Positions 46,044 through 58,912 of a DNA stretch of 64,000 bases are shown here, piece by piece. Position numbers and translations under genes: made by a program. The notes under the pieces are model-generated. The model worked only from the letters and a program-made list of their open reading frames with translations. It ran no database searches and was not told the DNA's origin. Every line of letters begins with the position of its first letter. Position 1 is the stretch's first letter. This stretch comes from Eledone cirrhosa (Eukaryota): NCBI GenBank assembly GCA_964016885.1, contig OZ024763.1, positions 21,204,001 through 21,268,000 on the forward strand. The letters run 5' to 3'.

Positions 46044-46172
46044 AAAAAAGAGAGAAAGAAATAAAAAAGGAAAAATAATATTTTTCTTCCTAATAACCGT
46101 CTCTTTCTCCATGTTTTCATATATATATATATATATATATATATCCTAACTCGTGTGCTTCCTCTCCACATT

Positions 46173-46229
<57 letters not shown>

Positions 46230-46379
46230 GAGAGAGAGAGAAAGTGGAATTGGAAATAACATGAAAAGTATATTTAAAGGATCTGTTTTTCTTTTTTTCT
46301 TCTTTGATTTGTCAAAGTGACATTATTGAACAAATGAGAGGAACAATTAAACAAAAAAAAAAAGGAGTTTTATAATGTA

Positions 46380-47570
46380 TCATCATCATCATCATCATCA
46401 GGTTTAGCGTCCGTGTTCCACGCTTGCATGGGTTTGGACGGGGGTTTTCCCACTTGAGGCAAGAGTGGTTGTCTTGCTCGCATAGGACTGTCTGGCGGGT
46501 TTTCTACAGTTGGATGCCCTTCCTAACACCAACCACATTTACAGTGTGGGGCTGGGAGGTTTTTGCCGTGTTGCCTACACGGCCACATTACAGCGTGGAC
46601 TGTCTGGCGGGTTTTCTACAGCTGGATGCCCTTCCTAACACCAACCACATTTACAGTGTGGGGCTGGGAGGTTTTTACCGTGTTGCCTACACGGCCACAT
46701 TTACAGCGTGGACTGTGTGTTTTTTGTCGTGACACCTACACGATCTCATTTGTTTCGGCCTGGATGTTGTGGGACCAACATAACTTTACATTGAAAGGGG
46801 CGGTGTGGGTGAGGTGGAGGTGGTGGGACGGGGGTGTGTTTTGATAGAGGTGCCTACTGACTGTAGTAGGTTTTTACTTTGTATTTAGGTAAGGCGGGTC
46901 TTCTCTATTACTGAGTACCGCCAAAGCTCTCGGTCCAGTGACATTGTCTTGGAGAGGTGTAAGCGTGTGAGGTCGGAATTTATCAGCTCGTCCCATGTTT
47001 TTCTGGGTCTGCCTACTCCGTGGCTACCGTCTATCTTTATTGCCCTGCACTTTGTTATACAGCTGTCGTCTTTCATGCGCATCACGTGACCGTACCAACG
47101 TAGCCTTCTCTCGAGTAAACAACATCTGATCCCTCTTATTTCTAATTTTTTCCTTAGTTCGTTTATGCTTTGCCGTTCACGTATATTACTATTGCACATC
47201 CAGCGGAGCATGCAAGCTTCGTTCCTCTCTAGTCTGCGTATATCCTCTGCACACAATGCCCAGGTCTCACTGCCATGCAGCATTGCTGTTCGTATGCAGG
47301 CATCGTATAACCTGCCTTTCATTTTTAGGGAGAACCCTCTAGCGGCTAATAGTGGTATAAGCTCTCTGAACTTTTTCCATCCAGTTCTGACTCTAGCTAC
47401 TGTACTTTCAGAGCACCCTCCCCCACTGCTGATTTTGTCACCCAGATAACGGAAGCTGTCCACTATTTCTATAGAACCCTCTGCGCAGTTGAAGGAGCTA
47501 GTATTTTGTGGGCACTTGCTGCTACTTATTGCACCAGAGCACTGGCCACATGTAAAATCTATGTTCTTAG
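46380..47570 (-). mobile_element. RTE LINE family 2, 5'-truncated
   Basis: FTCGQC...DSFRYLGDKISSGGGC...HGSETW...LRWYGHVMR...EKTRLT*, UTR and tail. Confidence 0.92.
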
Positions 47571-47695
47571 TATATAAAATATAACCGGTTTTGATGAATC
47601 AGTGACATTCATCTTATCAAATGTTGATAAATAAATATATATATACATATCAATAATATTAATAAATGGAAACTATCTTTATAAAACCATATTTA

Positions 47696-47752
47696 TTTTA
47701 TTATATATATTTCAAGGGTACCAATATTTTGGTACGCTCTCATCAGATAAAA
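47696..47752 (-). ncRNA. Type I hammerhead ribozyme
   Basis: TTTTAT-CTGATGA-GAGcGTACCAA aata TTGGTACcCTT-GAAA-TATATA-TA-ATAAAA. Confidence 0.78.
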
Positions 47753-48064
47753 TACAAAAACTGGTTTACAGATAGTGACATATCTACATATGAACTTAAT
47801 GTTATGAGTTCTATGTAAATAGTGAAGAAAACTTCAAACCTCGAGATGAATATGCTAATGAGGATACTCCAGAAGAATTTTGTTGTATGCTTCTAATCTG
47901 TTATAAATTAACTTTGTTGAATAATCGACGACGACTTATTTTAAAATATCCAATACTAATAATAATATAAGTAAACAACTCCACTATCCGGGAGCTTCCA
48001 ACAGTAATGGTTGCATTTTTTAAGGGTATGTCAATATTTATTTATAAAACTGATCTATATTGTA

Positions 48065-48125
48065 TTTTGTCTGATGAAAGCACACCATAATTTAACGTGG
48101 TGTCCTTGAAATATGTATAATAAAA
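48065..48125 (+). ncRNA. Type I hammerhead ribozyme
   Basis: TTTTGT-CTGATGA-AAGcACACCA...TGGTGTcCTT-GAAA-TATGTA-TA-ATAAAA. Confidence 0.75.
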
Positions 48126-48548
48126 TAAATATGGTTTTATAAATATAGTTTCCATTTGTTAATATCGTATATTTACTCCAAATACTTGTTGAGTGCTTTA
48201 TATCAGTTATAAAAATATTTGCTTGTTGTATCCCAACAATTTAAATAGAACTTTTGCATATATATATATACATATAATAATAATACTATTTATAGTTATG
48301 TATATAGTATAAACAACTATAAACAGGAAGGTCAGTAATTTCCTACTACCTTATTACCAGTAAGAGAAATAGCTCAATGTAAGAACATCAGTTGTTTTAC
48401 AGAGCAGGAAAATAAATAAATTATACAATTATCAAAGTTGTGTTCAAATCATTTAATAGCTGACAATCGTTTCTTCCAAACTCTCATTTGGAGTCATCGG
48501 AGCATTATCAATGTTTGTATGCAATTAACCTCCTATTCAACTGAACAA

Positions 48549-48726
48549 TAATTGTTTCTACTTTAGGCACAAGGCCAGCAATTACCCAGTGCATTACTGG
48601 TACTTTATTTTATCGACCCCGTAAGGATGAAAGGCAAAGTCAACCTCGGCGGGATTTGAACTCAGATCGTAAAGGGACGTAACTATGCTGGAAAGCATGG
48701 CGTCCGACCCTCTACCGATACTGCCA
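48549..48726 (-). mobile_element. SINE family B
   Basis: Matches family B. Confidence 0.88.
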
Positions 48727-48947
48727 AAACAATAATATAGATACATATATATTGATGTTGTCAGCAACAGTTTTGTATTTACAGGGTGGAATGGATGTGA
48801 CATATTTTATGAGAATTGTACAAAAATTCAAATTCAAATTAAAAGCACAGAGTGGAATACATGCAACAGATAATACAAGAGAATAGTCTAATAATTATTA
48901 AAGAGGCATTATGAAAGGAGCTTTGAGAAAGAAAGAGTTCATTAGCA

Positions 48948-49506
48948 ATACATATGCAGGTGTGTAGAAAGTGCACATGCATTAGTCATATATATGAGAA
49001 GGAAATAAGCAAAGTTATGCATCATCATCATTTCATCATTTCATTTTACGTCCGCTTTTCCCTGCTTGCAAGGGTGGAACGGGAGCTGATTCTGGCTTGA
49101 TTTCTACAGCTGGATGCCCTTCCTAACACCAACTTCATTTACAGTGAGTGCTGGGTGCTTTTTTGCCGTGGTACCTTCATGACCACTTTGCAGTGGAATG
49201 ATAGGGACCCCAGTCCCTATCATCTCATTTCTACAGCTGAGTAAACTGGAGCAATGTGAAATAAAGTGTCTTGCTCAAGGAAACAACACATCACCCGCTC
49301 TGAGAATTGAACTCACAACCTTTTGATTGCAAGGCCAATGCTCTAACCACTGAGCCATGTGCCTCCATATATATAGATAAATAAATACTGTATTTTTGCT
49401 TAAAATACAGTATTTATTTATCTATATATGCATAATAACTTTGCTTATTTCCTTCTCATATATATGACTAACGCATGTGCACTTTCTACACGCCTGCATA
49501 TGTATG
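48948..49506. repeat. Palindromic element interrupted by a SINE
   Basis: 48948-49021 plus 49369-49405 is the reverse complement of 49412-49506. Confidence 0.8.
49022..49368 (-). mobile_element. SINE family A
   Basis: Near-identical to 130-472. Confidence 0.9.
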
Positions 49507-50224
49507 GACTACCAACCAATCTATCCATCCATTGCCCATTCAACGAATCTATCTTTACCAATCTGTCTATATAAACCAACAGCTTTAGCTATATCTATAA
49601 ATGGTCAATTTATCAGTTTATAGTGTTTGAGCAGCCAATCAATCAGACTGAATCGATCAATTGATCAGTTAGTCTATAGCAGAGCGCTACCTCTCACCGG
49701 TGTGGTTGAGAAGGTCCAGGGGGCACTGGAGCCTAAGGGGGCAGTAGAGATGATATAATAGTATATTAAATATCAAATTATATATATTATATATAAATAT
49801 AGTATAATAATGGATATATAATATCTCTATATACATAGTATATATTATATTATGTTATTATATATAAATTAACGCGGTGGGTTGGCAGTATTGGTAGAGG
49901 GGCGGACACTATGCTTTGCAGCATAGAGTTACGGCCCTTTATGGCATCCACCAGCACCCTCACTCCACCACCCCACTGCACTGCCTCTACTCCAGTCTCC
50001 CCCTCCTCTGCCCCCCCCCCCCCAATCTCCATTATACTGAAGTCAACAGTAAAGTCAAGACCTGATAAATTGAACTTCAAAATCAATATATTGCCTGCTG
50101 CTCACTTCTATGACTTCTGATGTCCTTTTGGAGTTATTGATCTATTGAACAACTGATCAGAGTATAGGGAATAACCAACTGATGGGTTTGTTATGATCAG
50201 TCAGTGATTAGCTATCGATCAATG

Positions 50225-51600
50225 AATAGATATTGATCAGTGTATAATTATTGATCAGTGTATATAGTTATTGATCAGGGTATATAGTTATTGATCAGTA
50301 TATAGATATTGATCAGTGTATATAGTTATTGATCAGTGTAGAGTTATTGATGAGTGTATATAGTTATTGATCAGAGTATATAGTTATTGATCAGTGTATA
50401 TAGATATTGATCAGTGTATATAGATATTGATCAGAGTATATAGTTATTGATGAGTATATAGTTATTGATCAGTATATAGTTATTGATCAGAGTATATAGT
50501 TATTGATCAGAGTATATAGTTATTGATCAGAGTATATAGTTATTGATTAATGTATATAGTTATTGAACAGAGTATATAGTTATTGATCAGTATATAGTTA
50601 TTGATCAGGGTATATCAACCAATCAGTGTATAGTTATTGATAAATTTATTAATGTATAGAAATCATGTGATCAATATGTGATTGATTGATGAGTGTGTAG
50701 TGATTGAGTATTTAATTGGTCAATTAGTGTTTAGGGATTAACTGATCAATAAGTTTGTAGTAATTGACTGAGTGATAGAGTATAGGATTGGCTGACTGAT
50801 TGATCACTATGTAGTGATTGGCTGACTGATTGATCAGTGTGTAGTGATTGGATAATTGATTAGTGTGTAGTGATTGGATAATTGATCAGCGTGTAGTGGT
50901 TGGCTGACTGATTGATCAGTGTGTAGTGATTGGATAATTGATTAGTGTGTAGTGATTGGCTGACTGATTGATCAGTGTGTAGTGATTGTATAATTGATCA
51001 GTGTGTAGTGATTGGCTGACTTATTGATCTGTGTGTAGTGCTTTGATAATTGATCCGTTTGTAGTGATTGGATAATTGATTAGTGTGTTGTGATTGGATA
51101 ATTGATTAGTGTGTTGTGATTGGATAATTGATCGGTTTGTAGTGATTGGATTATTGATCAGTGTATAGTGATTGGCTGACTGATTGATCAGCATGTAGTG
51201 ATTGGATAATTGATGATTGGATAATTGATCTGCGTATAATGATTGGCTGACTGATCTATCAGCATATAGTGATTAGTTAATTGATCAGTGTGTTGTGATT
51301 AGCTGACTGATCAATAAGCATATAGTGCATAGATAATTGATCAGTGATTAGTGATTGGATGGCATGTAGAGATCAAACAAGTTGATCAGTGTGTATAGCT
51401 AGATTGGTGTGGCGTGATCAATGTATCAATCAATTTGTAACAGATGATCAATTGGTAGTGATTGGAAAGTCTTTAGTGATCAATTGATGCATAAACATCA
51501 AATGGCTGATCAGTGTAACGGGGTCGATCGGTGTATAGAGGTCAATCGGTGTATAGAGGTCAATTGGTGTATAGGGGTCAATTGGTGTACAGATATTGAT
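50225..51600. repeat. Adjacent degenerate minisatellites (~20 bp, 24-28 bp, 18 bp) built on TGATCA/ATTGAT
   Basis: GTTATTGATCAGTGTATATA; GTGTAGTGATTGG(ATAA/CTGACTGA)TTGATCA; GGTGTATAGAGGTCAAT. Confidence 0.85.
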
Positions 51601-51787
51601 TGGTGCTGAGTGTTTTATCAATCAATCATATCTGTCTGTGATATATATCTCTCTATCTTGTCTGTCTCTGTGTTAGTGATAAAAAAATAATATGTATGTG
51701 TGTATAATAATATATATATATGTTTGTATATATGTGTGTGTCTGTGTGTGTGGTTGTCTGTGTGTCAGTGATAAAAAAATATTTGTG

Positions 51788-51822
<35 letters not shown>

Positions 51823-51867
51823 ATATATGTGTCAGTGTGTTTGCCTCTGTTAGCAATTGTAAATATA

Positions 51868-51914
<47 letters not shown>

Positions 51915-52519
51915 CTGTTTGTCTATCTCTGTATTAGTGATTATAAATATATATATATAGGTGTGTATGTGTATGTGAATATATATATATATATATATAT
52001 TCATATGAATGCATGTGTGTGTCTTTGTGTATGAGAGAAAAAGAGAGATACTAGAGTGACATATATATCTATGTATCTATATATTTATCTATATATCTAC
52101 ACATCTATACTTATATCTATGAATATATAAATGAATGTGTGTATATATTTACACACACTTTCTCTCAGAACATTCGTGCTTTTATTGGTAATCATGACTT
52201 ATTCAATTTATCTATTTCAGCTTTTATCCAAACATGATGCACTTTCTGATACATTAAAGCAACGTGCATCTTTAATGTTCTTATCAGATGTCTCCTGTTG
52301 CTTTCATAAAGATTAGCTAGTGGCTCCGCTAAATTATTCATTCTCTCAATGCTAACCAAATTTCTATCAATATATTTTTGAATTTGCTGATAGAATACAC
52401 TTAATATATTATTCTGTGCTCTTGACAAGAGTATTGTTGCTGGTATTTTGATCATCTCTCTTAATATTGCTTACAATGTATTTTGTTTGTTGCATGACTA
52501 TTTAAAAAAATTAGAATCT

Positions 52520-52735
52520 ATGGGCATTAGAATCTATGGGCATGTGGTTAACATGCCTCAGGAAAGACTCGCTGGACAGAGTTTACGAGCAAAACCAGAG
52601 CTTACGGGCAGGAGACCCAGGGGTAGTTTTACCTTGAGCAAGATGGTTGGCTAACATCCATGATCTTGGCTGGTCTAGCTTGGGGATCCAGCCGGATCAG
52701 TTGGAGACAGTTGCTTCTGACAGGATCTGCTCGAG
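52520..52735 (+). pseudogene. Decayed RTE-like RT C-terminal fragment (second piece at 53155-53365)
   Basis: IRIYGHVVNMPQERLAGQSLRAKP...GRRPRG...NIHDLGWSSLGIQPDQLETVASDR. Confidence 0.7.
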
Positions 52736-52964
52736 GTCAATAAAAAAAATGACCAGTCCAATACTGGGGTCGATTTATTTTCACTACATCTCTTTCTCAC
52801 TTCCTCTTTATCACATACACTCTCTCTCTCCCCTTCTCTGGAAGAAATTGGCTGTGTTCAAACCTGGAAGAGGAATGGTGTCCACCAGGTTTAACCCTTT
52901 AACATGCTGAGAAGGTCAAATAAAACCCAACAAAATGTCTGCTGTTTTCACAAATTAAGTTTGA

Positions 52965-53389
52965 CCTATTAGCATTTAAACCAGCCATATCCAGCCAGAA
53001 TTCTCTCACCACTTTCTGTTCAAACCAGCTAAAATCGACCGCTTATACTGATGTTAAGGTTTTATTCTCGAGATAAATAATATCAAAATCTCGTAGATTT
53101 GATATTATGTGAGATAAGTATGTGAGATAAAGCCTTTACCATGAAAATACAAAGAAATGCAGGCGAGATTTTACTGGCAAAACCAATCGGTGGGAGACCC
53201 AGGGGTAGACCCCAAGCAAGATGGTTGGATAATATCCATGAGCTTAGCTTGGGGATCCAGCTGGATTAGTTGGAGACGGTTGCTTCTGACAGGACCCACT
53301 GGAGGGAGTGTTCGAGGACTCTGCCTCCACAACCCTCTCAGGAATAAGTGGCCGAAGAAGATATATAGAATAATATAAATGCTAAAGGG
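52965..53389. mobile_element. piggyBac-like MITE containing an RTE fragment
   Basis: CCTATTAGCATTTAAACCAGCC...AAATGCTAAAGGG|TTAA; homologous to 10019-10292 in the opposite orientation. Confidence 0.7.
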
Positions 53390-53799
53390 TTAAAGTGCCC
53401 AGGACATTTATGTCACTACTAAAATAAAAAGTCTCTAGTCTGTCTTGAGTCCGGAAGTGTGTTGCAAAATGAAGAGAAATCTGATGAAGTTGTACAAATA
53501 TTTGGTAATGAAATATATTAGATATGTGAAAATTCTGTGTAAAATTAGAACATACATGTCAGGTAACATGTGATACAATATTTAACTGTTTATTTATCAA
53601 TTAATTAATTTCCTTAAATTTTGGGTTGCTAATGAAACTAAATCTATCAGGAAAAAGTTGAGTTTTTTTTACTACTAGAATTTTTTTCAACATGCTGATG
53701 TGTATGTATGTGTGTGTATGTGCATATGAATACATTTATATGTGAGTATATAAATATAAATGCACAAACACAGAAACTTATAAAAATACACACTCACAG

Positions 53800-54190
53800 A
53801 CATACTTTCACACATACATTCACACAAACAAACACATACATTCACACAAACACATACATTCACACAATTAAACATACATTCACACAATTACACATACATT
53901 CACACACACACATACATTCACACAAACACACACATACATTCATACAAACACATACATTCACACAATTACACATACATTCGCACAAACACACACATACATT
54001 CACACAAACACACACATACATTCACACAATTACACATACATTCACACAATTACATACATTCACACAATTACATACATTCACACAAACACATACAGTCACA
54101 CAATTACACATACATTCACACAAACACACACATACATTCACACAAACACACAAACACATACATTCACACAAACACATACATTTACACAAA
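53800..54190. repeat. CACATACATTCACACAA-type degenerate repeat
   Basis: Visible directly. Confidence 0.85.
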
Positions 54191-54515
54191 CAACTTTTTA
54201 TGTTTTAAATTTATACACGACTAGTGAAATAAATGATAAAGAAAAAATAATAATAAATAAGCATTTCTGGAAAGTGTATTTGTTGTCAGTGTGGAAAGTT
54301 TGTAAAGCTTTGCATTTTTCAAAAATATATTTTCTTTCTATTAGTATTCTGAGATGAAATGAAAGGATTTTACCAGTGAATTTTTTTCTATTCAGAATTG
54401 AAGAATGTACTTTATTGCTATTTCTGGTCAAATGTGCGTGTGACAGCTCACACCTATGCAGGTTTAACTGGCCTCCTCCAAGGTATATCTCATTGGATAT
54501 GTCTTGGGTAATTTA

Positions 54516-54685
54516 ATGATAGGGACCCCAGTCCCTATCATCTCATTTCTACAGTTGAGTAAACTAGAGCAATGTGAAATAAAGTGTCTTACTCAAGGAA
54601 ACAACACATCACCCGGTCCGAGAATTGAACTCACAACCTTTCGATTGTAAGCTCAATGCTCTAACCACTAAGCCATGCACCTTCA
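54516..54685 (-). mobile_element. SINE family A 5' half
   Basis: tRNA head and core. Confidence 0.82.
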
Positions 54686-55699
54686 AATACTATAAAATTG
54701 TTTATAAAGATGTTCAGGTGGGTGTTTGGCTATTCCAGCACCTTAGCTTCGTTATCCCCTGTGGCGCTGTGGCAATGCAGTGAATGTTAACTTGCCTCAA
54801 AAATTATTTGAGAGAAATTTCACTGATCCTTGTTATGACTTTTGGTTTAGTATATGGGCCTTCTCCCTCTGTTTTTTTCTTCTTTTATCATTTTACTGTT
54901 TTTTTTAAGGGCTGTGGTTTGCCATTATCAGTAGAGTTTCGAACAACATGCTTTGTGGCATAGAGTTAGGGCCCATTACGTTCTGAGTTAAAATCCTGCT
55001 GAGGTTAGCTTTGCCATGCATCTTTATGGGGTTGATAGAATAAAGGACCAGTAATGCACTTTCCATGAGGGAACCTGATTAACATGTCTTTCACTTGGGG
55101 GTCATGTGATGTGTGTCAACCAACCAACCAACCAAGTCTAAGCTTACACATGATGTTAGACACGTGTTGTTGGTGGGTTTGGTGTGTTCGTTGATGGATA
55201 TCTTTGTTGGTGATGAAGTCACTCCACCTTATGCCAAGGATTTTGTGTAGGCACTTGCTGTCAAAAGCATCTAATTGATTCTCTTAGTTGGTCATCACAC
55301 TTCCCATATCACATCCATACTAGCCATAAAATCAACATAAAAATCTAATCTAATCTTCAATTTTGATTCAAGCTAAAACTTTTCTTGTTGAATGGAAAAT
55401 CTCTATAAATTACTTTAGTTGCTGCTTTCACAGAAAAATGTCGATATAGCATCTTCATGTCTTAGCTATTTAGTAACTACTTTGACTAGTTGGTCTTAAT
55501 CACTAAATCCCCCCCTTACCATTTGTACAAACAAGTTTTATCCATTTCCAGTAAAGACATCTATTGTTGTTCTCATACTTTCTACAATAGACTTTTCTTT
55601 TGTTCAGTTTGGTAAAATAGAATAAAATCAAATCAAATATATAAAATATATAGAATGAAATAACAAGGCTATCTTTTTAGTTTTATTATTTTATCACTT

Positions 55700-56217
55700 A
55701 CGAGGGCAGTAGATTGACAGAATTGGTAGAGCATCAGACACCCTGTTTGAAGCTTTGAGTTATGGCCCTTTATGTTCTGAGTTCAAATTCCACCAAGGTT
55801 AGCTTGAGTTCAAATCCCACCAAGGTTAGCTTGAGTTCAAATTCCACCAAGGTTAGCTTGAGTTCAAATTCCACCAAGGTTAGCTTTCGCTTCCCCTTCA
55901 AATTGTTGGCCTCGTGCCTAGAGTAGACAATTATTTTATCACTTATGCAACATATCGTTACGACCCTTTACGTTCTGAGTTCAAATCATGTCAAGGTTTC
56001 CTTTGCCTTTCATCCTTACGGGGTCGATATAAATAAAGTACCAGTCATGCACTGGGGTTGTTTAACTGACTTTCCTCTGCTCCAAATTGTTGGCTTTGTG
56101 TCTAAATCAGAAACCACCAAGGTTGACTTTGCCTTTCATCCTTACGAGGTCGATAAAATAAAGTACCAGTAATACACTGGGTAATTGCTGGCCTTATGCC
56201 TAAAGTAGAAACAATTA
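55700..56217 (+). mobile_element. Decayed SINE B copies including 4x 27-bp B-box repeat
   Basis: GAGTTCAAATTCCACCAAGGTTAGCTT x4 at 55779-55887. Confidence 0.75.
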
Positions 56218-56229
56218 TTTTACTACTTA

Positions 56230-56740
56230 CATGTAGGTGTCACGACAAAAAGCACCCAGTCCACACAGTGAAGTTATCATATAGGTGTCACAACAAAAAG
56301 CACCCAGTCCACACAGTGAAGTTATCATATAGGTGTCACGACAAAAAGCACCCAGTCCACACAGTGAAGTTATCATGTAGGTGTCACAACAAAAAGCACC
56401 CAGTACACACTGTAAAGTGGTTGTGTAGATGTCACAACAAAAAGCACCCAGTCCAGACTGTAAAGTAGTTCTGTAGGTGTCACGACAAAAAGCACCCAGC
56501 CTGCACTGTAAAGTGGTCGTATAGGTGTCATAATAAAAAGCACCCTGCCCACTCTATAAAGTGGTTGTGTAAGTGTCACTACAAAATACATTCAGTCCAC
56601 ACTGTAAATGTGGTTGGCGGTAGGAAGGGCATCCAGCCATAGAAACCGAACCAGAAACAGTTCTGTACTAGCAAGACATGATCACCTGACCCATGCTAGT
56701 GTGAAAAATGGACGTGAAGCAGTGATGATGATGATGATGA
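56230..56740 (+). mobile_element. RTE/SINE 3' end with ~8 copies of the 48-bp module
   Basis: GTAGGTGTCACGACAAAAAGCACCCAGTCCACAC repeats, followed by the tail. Confidence 0.85.
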
Positions 56741-58346
56741 TTATATATATATATATTATACCAAAAACAGTTCTGTATGAACAAGACACAGATGCCTGAC
56801 TCGACTTGCCTGAAAAGGGACAGCCCATCTAACCCATGCTTGAGTGGAAAATGGACATTAAATGATGATGATGATGATCATGGTCGTGGTGGTCCTGGTC
56901 GTGATGATGATGATGAGAAATTTCTCTTTAGCAATTAATAATGAGAAACTACAGATGCATATAATTATGAAATTAGCCAAGTATATTTGCTAATAAGAGC
57001 TTGATTTGAAAATAAATAAATTTGAAGTAGCAGTAGTAAAACAGAATATTGATTTTTATTGACAGTTTCTGATCTGTTATGGTTGATTGTTAGCTGTTGT
57101 ATCAATATGTGTGTGATTGATTGATTGGTTGTATGCCTGTGTGTGATTGAGGAAGTGTGTGTGTCTATGTGTGCGCGATTGAGGGAGTGTGTGTATGTCT
57201 GTGTGTGTGATTGAGGGAGTGTGTATGTGCATGTGTGTGATTGAGGAAGTGAGAGAATCTGTCTGTATGTATGTGTATGTGTGTGTGATTGGGTATAGGT
57301 GTGTGTGTTTGTATGTGATTGGGTATATGTGTGTATGTGTTTGTGTGTGATTGAGGAAGTGTGTTTCCCTGTGTGTGTGATTGAGGAAGTGAGAGAATCT
57401 GTCTATGTATGTGTGTGTGTGATTGGGTATAGGTGTGTGTATTTGTGTGTGATTCAGGAAGAGCAGAATGTGTTTGTGTGTGTGTATGTGATTGTGTATG
57501 GTTGTGTATATATATGTGTCTATGTGTATATATGTGTGTATATATATATATGTTTATGTGTATATGTGTGTGTGTGTGTATATATATATATGTTTATGTG
57601 TATATATGTGTGTGTATATATATGTATGTTTATATGTATGTGTGTGTGTATATATATGTATGTTTATGTGTATATATATGTATGTGTGTGTGTATGTATA
57701 TATATGTATGTGTGTGTGTATATATATATGTGTGTGTGTGTGTATATATATGCATGTGTGTGTGTCTGTATGGTATATATGTATGTTATATTATCCCTTA
57801 TGAATATTACTCTATTTTCCTGTCTCTACAACCACAATGGAGGTAACAATAGAAATAAAAGCAAGAAAGGAGCTCTTTAATGATTGATCAAAGATCAAAG
57901 CACAAGATCAACATATTTTATCATTCTTTTTCATCACCAGATTGTTATTGTTGTAGTTCTACGTTATGTAAGGAAAAGAACAAGCAACAGGTGTTATTGA
58001 GCACATGTAATAATATATAAAACAACCACAACAACAACAAAAAATGGATAGCAAACCCCACTCCCCCAAAAAACCCCCTAAAACCAAAAAAATGGATAGC
58101 AAAAAAACAAAAACAAAAAACAAAACAAAAGAAACCCCCTCCAAAAAAAAAAAATGAAATCTGAGGAGGGAGTGGTGGTGATGGTGGGTTGGTTGTAGAT
58201 TATATTTCTCTCATAGGACAATTTTATATTTTAGAACTTTAAAATGTTAGATGATATCGGTGGCAGATTGGTAGAGTATAAGAGTACAGAAGCTCCTATC
58301 ATTTTGGGGAGTACAGTCGTTCATAGTTTCCGACAAAAAAAGTGAC

Positions 58347-58504
58347 TACCATATTTCCCAGCGTCGAAGATGCTACTTTTTTCCTAAAATAAGTCTAAAA
58401 AATCTACAATGCATCCTGGAGGCTGAAGGTTGTTTATTATATTTTTTTCCAAATTAGGGTGTGTCCTCGAGGACAAAGCATCTTTGGCGCTGGTAAATAC
58501 AGTA
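58347..58504. mobile_element. Tc2/pogo-like MITE remnant
   Basis: TACCATATTTCCCAGCGTCGAAGATGC / GCATCTTTGGCGCTGGTAAATACAGTA. Confidence 0.6.
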
Positions 58505-58912
58505 AGTTTCTGACAAAAAAAAGTAACACAATTTTCCCACAACAATTTTTGGGGTTGTGCAGCTGCTCTTCCATACATCCCCAGTAATACGCCACTGGTC
58601 ATTAGAACGTTGGATAGAATGAAATACACTGTATTTAAATTAATAAAAGAAGAATTTAAGAGATTTGCTAAAATTATTGATTATTTCACTATTAAGATAG
58701 TACTTGTAAGATAACTTTTAAAATGTCATTAACATGTTCGATAGAATGCCTTGTAGTGTTTGCTTTGGTTGTTTGCAGTCTGAGTTCAAATCCTGCCAAG
58801 GTTGATGTTGCATTTCATCTTCTCGATGTCCATAAAAATAAGTAGCAGTCTAGTACTGGGGTCGCTGTTTTTCCTCTATATCTTTTTCTCACAACCTCTC
58901 TTTCCTTCTTTC

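Larger units (their letters stand above)
47657..48165. mobile_element. Inverted-repeat element with an HHR in each arm
   Basis: Arms ~47657-47770 and ~48040-48165. Confidence 0.8.

Noticed and set aside
49712-49748. Two CTCF-like AGGGGGCA motifs
   Set aside because: Only partial consensus matches, which could arise by chance.
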